Source: Octopus bimaculoides
Lineage: Eukaryota
Assembly: GCF_001194135.2 (NCBI RefSeq)
Contig: NC_069000.1
Location: 24,005,412-24,069,411 of the forward strand
Direction of reading: 5' to 3'
DNA length: 64,000 bases
The number at the start of each line of letters is the position of its first letter. Position 1 is the first letter of the stretch. Positions 38,792-50,700 of this stretch are shown here, in pieces. The notes beneath the pieces were generated by a model. It worked only from the letters and a program-made list of their open reading frames with translations. It did not search any database and was not told the origin of the DNA. The position numbers and the translations under genes are program-made.

Positions 38792-41700
38792 TGCTACTCT
38801 GAGCACACTGAAATTTTTTAGTAAGCAATAAGACTTACTGTGAGCGTCACTGGATTTTCAAAATCTGTTGCATCTCGTTCTTCACAGCCATTTAAGACAT
38901 ATCTTTTCCGACCCTTTTCATCCTCAGGATATTTCTCATTAAAGATTAGTTTATTGAGTAATTTAAGGATGCTGGCCACAACAACAGTGCTACAAAAGAA
39001 ACAAAGCATAAGATGCATGTTATGAATTATAATATCCTATCATTAATTCCTTTCTACAATAGTAAATAATAGATAAAAATATAGATATCTTATTTTGTAC
39101 TGAGTATGAAAATGCGGCATAGTGTCAAATGATTTCGATAGATGGATACTGTCTTTATTTAATATAAAACAACGCGCCTTAATCGTTGGACAGCCATGAT
39201 TAATGGATTAGACAGCAAGCAGAAATGAAGTTTGAATAAAAGCCTTCTTTGAACTGGTTTATGACAAATTTTATTCAAACTTCATTCTAAATGGATGCCA
39301 AAGTGTTTGAGAGGACTCTACCAGAAAACCCAACTGAGGAAGAGTATATTTACTGGAAACGGATGCTACACATCTACATAGCAAAAGCAGAAGTTCCAGA
39401 TGAATCTAAACTGGAGGTACTCTTAGTCCTCTGCAGAGCAAAGACCTACCCTATCGTTGAAGAAGCTGAAACCTTTGAGGCAGCAACAGAACGCCTGGAC
39501 TCAAAGTTCATAAAGAAAGGTTCAAACATAATGATGCACCAAGCTACTAACTTGAAAACAGAAGAAAACGAGTCTATAGAAGAATTTGTATCAAGCCTTC
39601 AGGTGCCGGCCAAGAAGTGTAAAATACAAGCAGACCATTATAGAGAAATTCTAATTGGTGATGCCTTTGTGGCTGGGCTTCAATCATTAATCAGACAAAG
39701 ACTTCTCAAGTCATCAGATGACGGCTTAGAAATGCTCTATAAGCATTGAAGATATTCGCAACCTATCGCAAGGCTCAGCTGGTATCGATCAATCACTCCA
39801 TCTTGCAGTCACTAAATCAGCATGCTTTTGGTGTGTTGGAGACATCCATAACAAAAAAAAAAATTAATAAATAAAATCAGCGAGAAACTCCAGTTGCAAA
39901 ATGTGTCAGAAGAAAGGCCATTAAGAGAAAGTCTGCCTCTCAAAAAAGCCCCCAAGAAACAAACAAAACTTACCTAAAACAACAGCTATCACAGAGCCCG
40001 AGAGTGACTTGGAGGAAAACAGTGATGAGACCTTATCCATCATTTTAGCAGTAACAAATAGTACAGGACAGCTGGTACCCGTTAAAATTAAGGACAACAA
40101 TACACAAGCCCTTCTTGACACAGGTTCTGACAGGAAATTTATAGAAGCAAATCTTCTTGCAGTCTGGGGATTACAATATGATCATACCTGGAAGTTAAAG
40201 GCAAATTCAGCAGCAAACTACAACTGGGAAATAATGCATATAATGCTAATTTCCTTGTGGCCAACCACCTTGTAGCTCTGGTCATCATCGGAATTAATAT
40301 CCTCAGTCAACACTCGGCAGTAACAATTGACTTCAAGGTTATGCTCAAACCTGTGTCATTCTACATGTCCATGTCAAGCCTCAAATGCACCATGTACAAA
40401 CTACTTCCTGGAATTAAGACCTCTAAGCTCAAACCAATTACAACTTCAAGACGCAGAGTTTATTAAGCACAAAATAAACAGTTTACTTTCGGAGGACATA
40501 ATTCAGGAAAGCCATAGTCCCTGGCGAGCTCAATGCTTCATGACACCTAATGAAAGGAAGACAAGACCGGTGATCAACTACTCGAACACTATAAATATCT
40601 ACACACAACTGGATGCCTACCCTACACCCTACCCACTGGATTAATGATCATCTAAATGAAGTAGCAGCAAACAAGATTTTCAGCAACATATCACCAGGTG
40701 GAACTCCTACTCAAAGACTATAAAGTGAGAACATTCAAAGCAGTGGGGGGGAGACTGTAGGAGATTAAATGTCTCCCATTTGGTTGTACCAACGCCGCAG
40801 CAATTTTCCAGCATGTCATGGATGAATTCATAAAAAGAAACAATCTTCAAAAAACCTTTACCTATCTAGATGACATCATCATAGCTGGCAAAGATCATCA
40901 AGAACATGACAATAACCTCAGGAGATTTATCCATGCAACCAAAACATCTGGCATGACAATCAATAAGAGTAAGAGTCAATTCTCTGAGAAGCAAATCCAC
41001 TTCCTTGGACATATTGGAAATTCAACAATAAAACTTGACCCTAAGAGGTAACAAGCTCTACTAGATATGCCAGAACCAAGAACATTGAGAGAACTAAATC
41101 AAATAATAGGCATTTTTGCATATTAGGCAAAATGGATACCTAAGTGCTCCAGACTCACCATTCCACTTACAAGAGCCAGAGAGAATTTCAACAAAGCAGG
41201 ACGGCCAAAAGAAGCAAAAACAGCAATCGCATCTCTAAAGACTGCATTGGTAAATGCCATTCTTGCTGTTCCACAACCTGGAATGCCACTTACCATCAAA
41301 ACAGAGGTTTCTGACCTAGCCTTGGGAGGGACACTATCACAACAAGGAAGGTCAGTAGCCTTCTCTTCAAGGACCCTTTCAAAAACAAAAACACCAATCC
41401 ATTGTTGAGAGAGAAGCCTGTGCAATCATAGAATGTTGCTGCAAATGGCACTACCTAATACATGTTTTCCCCTACTGCAACATCATCACCAATCAATGCT
41501 CAGTGGTGATGACTTTCAATAAGCAAGGAACATAAAAAAAAAATCAAAAATGTAAAAGTCTTACAGCTTAAAAGACAAAGCAGGTTATTGTACTGGTCAA
41601 GCAGTCCTTGTCTTGCTTAGTCTACATGATTACCCATGGTCCAATAATAAAGGCTCTATGAAGTTTTCAAATACAGAAATAGCAGCCAAATATAAATATG

Positions 41701-44700
41701 TGCAATTATAAAGTGGGGGGGGGGGAGAAAAGGGAATATTAACAACAGGAATACTTTTAACCCTTTTGTTACTATATTTCTGACCAAAATACACCCCTCA
41801 TGAGTTTCAATTAAATTCTAAAATAATCATGAATTTAGACTAGTCTCATTAAACACCTGTAACTTTTTTATTTATCAACATATTAATGTGATATTTGGAA
41901 CATAATTAAAGGAAGGGTTCTTAATCAATTCTATTGCATAATTTTTGTCTCAAAGTTCTCCACGTACTGGGGTCCTGNNNNNNNNNNNNNNNNNNNNNNN
42001 NNNNNNNNNNNNNNNNNNNNNNNNNNNNNNNNNNNNNNNNNNNNNNNNNNNNNNNNNNNNNNNNNNNNNNNNNNNNNNNNNNNNNNNNNNNNNNNNNNNN
42101 NNNNNNNNNNNNNNNNNNNNNNNNNNNNNNNNNNNNNNNNNNNNNNNNNNNNNNNNNNNNNNNNNNNNNNNNNNNNNNNNNNNNNNNNNNNNNNNNNNNN
42201 NNNNNNNNNNNNNNNNNNNNNNNNNNNNNNNNNNNNNNNNNNNNNNNNNNNNNNNNNNNNCTGTTTCCTCAGAAAAATTGTTAATAAAAACGTTTTTTTA
42301 AGTGTTTACTCCATTCTGGTGTAAAATCATCCTCGCTGTCGCCGTTGCTGCTTTCAGTTTCGGATACAGAAATATCCGATTTATTTCACCACGTGCTTTA
42401 GTAGCTCATTCATTCTTTTCTTCGATATCTCCATATCTTCTGTCAAAAAACCTTCAAATTCGGAATCACTGCTTGGTAGCATGAAACTCCTCTCCATCTT
42501 CAAAGTTGAAAAAAATTAACGTCGCAAAAAATGTGGAAAAAATTCTTCCAAAATTCACTGAGTTCAAATATCACGCCAAACAATGTCGGATACAATAACT
42601 CAACTGTTTGCAAAGTGAAATCAGGTGTTTTAACGAATGTACTAACGAGATCTGGGTTCAAATATACATTTAAATAACAATGGGTACTCTCGGCCGGCTA
42701 TGGCCGGGTTGGTCTTATGAACCAAAAAATTTTTCAGCCGGCTACAGCCGGGTTAGTAACGAAAGGGTTAATCATAATAAGAGCTGACATGCTGTTCAAC
42801 ATTACTGTCCACAGCAAAATCTTCCTATGGTATTCCTGTTTTTGTCAAATTTATTATGCTCTGTGAACACAGGAGTAACTGTGTGCTCAAGATGCTTGCT
42901 TTGCAACTATGTTGTTTTAGGTTCAATCTCACTGCACTGAAACATTGGACAATGTCTTCCCTCATGGCCTCATATCAATCAAAACCATACAGAGAAATAT
43001 AGTAAATAGAAACTGTGTATATAAGCCTGTGGGAAAAACTCATTGACTTCATTCAATGCCTGGCTTCATACACACTACCTAGTCCTTGGGTGTCTTTTGC
43101 AGTCCACTCTGTTGTAAGCATTTATACCAGGTCTCTAAACTGGAAAGGATTTCCTTTGCCTCTCAAGATAGTTTAACAAATAATATTACCAGGTGCATGG
43201 TAGCAGCTATTTAGCAACAACAATAACATAAGTAAGGCAAAAGCTTTTAACTTCAAATCGAAGACTGTCTGATCTCTTTTAGATATGGAATCTAATATTC
43301 ACAATAGATGAATATTAACCATTGTATTATAATTTTCTTTTGGAGAGAAGAAGAAAAAGAGGAAAACTTACTTTTTGAGAACAGGAAAAACATTTACAAA
43401 TGCAGTAAACAAATGGATAGCAGTATCAGGGGTGAGCTGCAGAAACAAGAAACACTTTGTTAAAATAGTGGAAACAACAAATGCTAAAATAGTTATATTA
43501 CATGCAAGTATGATCAAATGGTTAAGAGGTTTGCTCCACAATCATAAGCTCCCAGGTTCAATACCACTGTATGGCCTTGTGGGTAAGTATCTTTATTATA
43601 ACCTTGAAATGAACCATGGCTTGTTAGTAAAATTAGGCGAATGGAACTATGTAGAATTGCCAACCCTTTAAACTGGCCATATCCAGCCCAAATAGTCTAC
43701 CTGATTTATCTTTAAACTGACCAGATATGACCTCTCATACCTACCCTATGTTGTCATTTTAAAAATAAACAATCACATTGTTGAGATCTTGAAACTAAGA
43801 GAGGAGTGCAAGATTAATTCAAAACAGTGTGAATAAATAAGCATTACATGCAACAGTAATTTGAATGCTAGAGGGTTAAGGACATACATGTCTGTGGAAT
43901 ACTCAGCCACTCACATATAAAGGATTTGAAAATCAGTGCCATCTCTATCCTGAATCATTACAGCTCTCATCTTTTATTTTGGCATTTACTTTCCCATATG
44001 TGCATGACTCAGATAGAATTCATTTTGAGGCATATACTCTATGGCTGGATGCCTTTCCTGTTACCAACCCTCACCTATTCCCATTTAAGGTAATATTTCC
44101 CCCAGTCCAGATATGTTTTCAAGGAAGACTGGAAATGACTGATACTACTTGTATGATCGCAATACAACTATCATGTTATGTCAAGACAAGGAGACACACA
44201 CATATATATATAATACACACACATGATGGGCTTTTCTATTTTTATAGTTGGATGCTCTTTCTACAGCCAACCTTTACCTGCTTTCAAATAAAGAATATTT
44301 TTTTATTCTAGAGGTCTTTGAAAGCACAGAGCAACCAGTCATGTCAGCAACATCAGTCAATGACAACCATAGAATATCAAAATCAGTGCATGCACACACA
44401 AACAATGGGCTTCCTGCAGTTTCTGGCCACCAAATCTACTCACAAGGCTTTGGTCAGCCCAGGGTTATAGAAGAAGACACTTGCCCAAGGTGCCTGGCAG
44501 TGGAACTAAACCAGAAACCATGTGGCTCGGTAGCAAACTTCTTAGCTACACTAAAGGCACAGGCATGGCTGCATGGTCAAGAAGTTTGTTTTCCAACCAG
44601 ATGGCATGTCAAGCAAAAGATTTCTAGCATAGCCTCTGGTCGAACAAACTGATGCTTTCTCAAGTTGCACAGACACTATCACTCTAGCCACCACAGAACC

Positions 44701-47700
44701 AATGATTGGCCTGTTGTAAAACCACTAACACTGTTTCACAAAATTCAATATAAAATAGACATCTCATTAAGATGAGTATGTAATAGGTTATGAAGCCTGT
44801 AGAATTATAGATTCCTTTTATTTAGGGACCCAAGAACAGACACACTACAGAGGCTTCTTCTTGCTGCTGTTTGTAGGCTTTTAGCAGGAATTTGAACACT
44901 GCTCTCACTATTTATTCACTGTTCCTGCTACTCATACATATGAAATATATACTACCACACTCTTCCTAAGTACTGTTTATGAAGATTTCAAGACGCTTTG
45001 TTCTAGGGATAACATCAGGTCAATATGAGTACTTGACTCATTTAAGGTAAATCAAGCATAAAAAATGGGATGTTCAATCAATGATTATAAATTGAGTTAA
45101 GGTGGCTGAATATTCCACAGACTATTAAACCCTTAATATAAACTTCAAGTAGACAGCATGACAAATCTGGCCTTTTGATAACTACAACCTATCTGATGGG
45201 GTTCTATACTATTTCCAATTACCTAATTTTACTTAAACCAATAATGGAGCTTCCACAGTCACCTGATCTGTTAGAAATACCAGCCAACTCTCCTTCAAAT
45301 CACACCTAAAACAAGGAAGAAGATGGTGGTTAATATAACCCTAAAAAGAAAGGAGAGACATAGATGGCCACCTAGCTACAACAGCAGTCAAAGTCTTCAT
45401 GATTGTGAAGCAGACTCTTCAACCATCTTTAGCCATGCCTGCACTTATCCACTCACACAGAAGATGAAGAAGGGAGAAAGAAAAATAAAAAACTATTACC
45501 AACCTGTTCATTGACAACTTTCTTCAACTCTAAAAAGTAAACTTCAATTAGATGCAACTGTAGACTTGTAGGTTGCATAGCCTTTCCTACATTGAATACA
45601 CTCTCTTCCATGATAACATTCAGTTGCTTTATGAGATCTAATTTCCAGCCTGACTTGGACAGAAACATAAATGTTGAATTTACAAACTCTCGGATAAGCT
45701 AGAAAAGAGATACAAAAATTTATATTTATAAAACATAAGTTAAATGTTAGAGATGAACATATTATTTTTATTACACAGTTCACATGGTTAACATTTTAAA
45801 AACAATTTAGTCTCTTTAACTTGATAAATCCCAGTGTTTCAAGCAATTTTGATTGTCCCATCATCAATGAACTCAAAACAATATAATAATTACAAATTGT
45901 CAAAATAGAAAGTCTGCAAGAGTAGTTGATGAATTGAAAAACAGTTATGTACTGTAGATTAAAACAGAACGTACTGAAATATTGTAGTGAAGTACAACTT
46001 GAACATTTAGAAAATAAATGCCGTATGTCTAACTATGTACTGCTTACACAAATTGCACAGAAAACAGCAGCACAGTCAACTAAAGATCAACATTTGACAT
46101 TTGCTTGCATCTTATAAGCCATACTTATGAATTAAAAAAGATTTTAAAATCCCTTCAAGATTGAGAGCCGTTTGCACAAAGTCCTTCATTTATTTGTCAA
46201 TGATAAATAGACTCCAGCTCTTTGATTTAGTCTTTGACACCTTTTAGTGATTGGACCAAAGCCATACTGGAGCATCAATTTGAAAGATTTTAGTCAATTG
46301 TTGACACAACCCTCGCAAGGGACAACAGGTGGAGTAGGCCTGGACATGAAAGAAGGTAACCAAAATACCACAAAATATTTTTTGTGCAATGCAATTTCAG
46401 TTTCCTATTCATACATATGCACAAATGCATACACACATACATACATTTACCTAATGGTCTTACGCAGTTTCCATATTTCTGTCTACCAAACTTCACTCCA
46501 CAAGGTTGTGGTAGAAGATAATTGTTTAAGCCATGTGGTTGTGAAGTGAATTCCTTCAGCCAGCATCAAAATAATTCTAAAATTTTTACAGAAATTGGTA
46601 CGAACCATCATGAATTTATCCAGTCTGTGTTGGTCTATTCCATTCCACTCACGAGCTTCTGCCTCAAAGAAAGCTTTTATGTACATCATGGCATATTCTT
46701 CAGTTGGAAAGTGAAGAAGCAGTTCACAGACTTCGTTGACAAGTTTTTCCTAAAATACATTTAAACAAAGAAAAATCAATTACTTTCTTTGGTAATCAAA
46801 CAATGTTCTTGACAGAACAAAATATGCAACGAAAGCAATTTTCTGTTAAAAAAGTTAAAAACTTAACATTTGACTATTTGGAATTCCTATATCTTGTAAG
46901 CCCTTTTCAAGGATACCAGAAATAAATAGAATTATGAGTGTGTGTGTTTGTGGGGGGGGGGGTTACTGAAGACTCTGCATTCAGTGTATTTAGGCTTAAC
47001 TAGTACCAAATCTACTTTGTGTATCTTTCTCTAATTCACTGCAATTTTTCACTTAAATGCAACAGCCATTCAAATCAAGTGTGATATTGAATCGTAGTGG
47101 AACATGAGCATTGAGTGCAATGGATGGCAAGAAAAATTAAAGTATACAGTAGTGGACACATAATATCAGTATGCATGAATGAAGGAGCACAAGGGAAGTG
47201 AGAGGGGAAAAAAAAATCCTGGCACAACAGGAATCAATTGTAGTGTGCGGGAAAGCTGAACATGAAACATGCATAAAGGATAAGAGAGCTGAGTAAAGAA
47301 AACCCAAGGAGAAGTGATGAGAAGAACTGTCCAACTTCTACCAGCAGGGTGGAAAAAAAAATATACAGAGATGTTAAGTGATGACTAAATATTCTAGCAC
47401 ACTTACCTCTTCAGCATGTACCTGTCTGTACCTTTATTTTCTAATTACTCTTTCAATTGACCTGTGCTCATTTTCTTGAATTGTGGTAGATCCACTTTAT
47501 TACATCAATGAAGTAAATTAACAACGATGATGATGATTGGTATAATATAATGTAAGTTTTTAATGTTTTGTCACCAGTGGAGACAGCAACTCTAAATTTC
47601 TTCAACTGAATCTCAATCACTAGGAAAATTAGATCCACTAAACGTATATAAGTATAGTGTTTTACTTACTTGCATAAGAGGTTTGTCTTGCATCCACAAA

Positions 47701-50700
47701 CGGTAATGAATTCCTTTCCATATCTTTGTAAAATCATCTTGTGTTAAAGATTCTAGTAATTGGGAAGGAAAAATGTCATTACTTGAAGTATAAATTATGG
47801 TAGAAAGCATCTAGAATACATGTAAAACATTAGTTTTATTGTTGGGTTACAAACAAGTGAAATAGTTGTGTTAGAGTTTCCAATATTTTTGACGTTGCAT
47901 ATCACACCTTAATGGGTCAAACTACATAATTTTGAAAATTAAATGTATTCTGTACCAATGAAAAGAAAACCAACCATTTAAATGTAATAAAAATCTCTTA
48001 CAAATAGACTGAACTTCTACATGGTCTCACTCATCTTGCTAGAAATAGCAACTAAATCTCCCTTAATTAACATCCTAATATCTTCAACAAGGAAAGGACA
48101 CATAGCTCTATATATCCCCAAAATGGGATGGGGCTGCTGATGGCTGGATTGCCTTTGTTCATGGCCTGAGCCAATCAATAATAACCTATCATAAATAGCT
48201 AATATCAATGATGTTTAAAAAATTATGAAAAGCAATTTTTAAAAGCTTATAACAAGGAGCCACGCATCGGAGTAGGACCTTCAAGATAATAGTGCTATTC
48301 TGAAATAAACTTGGAAGTGGAGGCTCCACAGCTCACATTTTTATCAAATGCCACCGGCTGAAATATATAACGACCATGTGAAATCAAGCAAAGGTGGTCA
48401 TAACTGCTGTATCAAACACATCTCTTGTTTCCTAAAAAATGGTGTCATCTATTTTGATCTGCCTGTCACAGTGATGAAGGATTACTGAGTTGACAAAATA
48501 AAATGTTCATAGTTATCTACAAGAGTTCCACATTTGCACAATGCAGAGTGCCCCAGCAAAATTGCAATAGATGTGCTTTTTTTCAGATTGAAAAAATTCC
48601 CAATGGATGATAAAGGAAAAGTGTTGATCTATACTCTAATCCTGGACATTTATTTGTGAATATTCAACTTCTATTATCAGCATCAATGACAATAGCTTTC
48701 CTCTAAACTAACATCATCATTCCACAATCACTAGTTTTCCTCATTAATGAACTTGTGTGTAAGACCCTGCTGACTGTACACACTCTGCCTAGGGATGAGG
48801 ACTCATTTTTCTGGAAGACAAGAAGTCATTAACCAGAGTAGCCAGGTTTAATGGCTGGGGTGTATAAAATTGTTGGTCATGCATGACACATGTTTCGTAG
48901 TTGATCAAAAGAGATAAAGTGTGAAGGAAGGATAAGGACAACCAGCAAAAGCCAGTTCAAACTTTCCAGGATGTGAAGAAACAAGATGCTACAGAATATA
49001 CTGTTTCTGTTAATGTGATTGAAAAGGTGAAGCTCACTTTTATTCATTAAGTTTATGGTCAAGTATCATAAGAAAATGTGTCATCCACTGCAAAGGATGT
49101 TTACATAAGTTCATGTTAGCAAGGTACCACATATTGAGTTCTCTGCCCACAGATTTGGCCATGTCATTGATTGAAAAATGAAAAAGAGAATGGACCTCAA
49201 AGGATCTCCTTGCTGTACAACACATTTGAACGAACTTTTATAATTGCCATGATAATGATCAGATGAACAGAAATATGAATCATATACCAATTGGTATGAA
49301 ATCTGCTGGCCATATTGTCTAAAAGAACCTAACATCAGATAGAATAAAAGCATTCTTTACATCCAGCTTCAGAATGACTTTCAGGGCTAACTCTAGTGAA
49401 CAAATTGGCGTGATGTATATGAATAGCAGCTTCACAACATAGTGGAGAACTTACTCTGAAAACTGAGGGTGAAGAAAAGGTCTGGAGATGACAGAATACA
49501 ATGGTAAATGTTTTTGGTAGTAACGGGGTGGATATCTACGTTGGGCTCGATTAAGGTGTGAAGTTGGAAATAAAAAATTTCTAGTTCGTAAATTCGTCCT
49601 ATTTGAGAATCTTAGTTTGACTCCAGCCCACCACTTTCTTTAATTTTTAACATTATTCATAGCCATGACATGATTTTAAAGAGCGATCACAACTATTTAG
49701 AAAAGACGCATTTTGTTCCGTACTTACTACCATTATTATTCGACACAAGGGTACCTCAACATGGTCCCAAGGCCAATAAGAAATAGACTGTCTGGAATAG
49801 AGGCAGGATGGTCACAGCTGATCCAAGATTAACAGCAATTGCTAATATTACAGCCTAAAGCTGCAATTAAATGTTGTGGTATTTAATTAAATCCCTGTGT
49901 GTCCTGAGTTCATATTCCGGAATCAACTTTAATCCTTTTGGGGGTAGATTCAAATACAAATACAATCCAAGTAATGAAGTTGATCTAATTGAGCATCCCC
50001 CACCGCATAAAAGATTAATTGTGTCCACGTGTCAATGTTAAAAATGATTATTTTAAAACCCTTTCCAAATACAGTTCTATATTTAAGAGATGAGGAATTA
50101 TGTCATCCAATGAGCCGCTTCCTTATGGATATAATCAGTCCATTAGCAGGAAAGTCAACAACATATGTGAAGAATTCCACCCACTTCACAGAACTGATAA
50201 AGGATACCCCCATTGAATCCAACTAGATGGTGAGTCTAGATGTGATAAGTCTGTTCATGAAAGTCCCAACTGGTGAAGCACTATCGGTGATTCAAGAAAA
50301 ACTAGCGACAAACACCCATCTAAAAGAACACACTAGTATACCAATAGGAAACTTGATGGAAATGTTGACCTTCTGTGTAGAAACTACCTACTTCAGTATG
50401 GACACTGATATATATCGAAAAGAAGAGGGTTTAGCTATGAGTTCGCCATTTTCACTGATAATAGCCAATATATACATGGAATACTTTGAGAATTTGGCTT
50501 TAGGATCAACACCACTAAAACCAACTCTATGGCTGCGATATGTTGATGACACCTTTATACTCTGGACCCACAAGAAAGATGTCCATGTGCTGTTAGATCA
50601 TGTGAACTCAATAAAGCCATCCATACAGTTCACAATGGAAAAAGAAAAATGACAATCAGCTAACATTCCTGGCGGTATTAATAACGCGCACCAAGAATGG

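Noticed and set aside
41757-42771. Single piggyBac element defined by TTAA-CCCTTTTGTTACT ... AGTAACGAAAGGG-TTAA
   Set aside because: The ends match at 12/13, but an N-gap separates them and the two halves look like different MITE families, so one element cannot be asserted.
48880-48905. GAAAC-ATGT-GTC hammerhead half-motif on the minus strand
   Set aside because: No CUGANGA with a closing stem II was found at a compatible position; it lies within CRE-like coding remnants.
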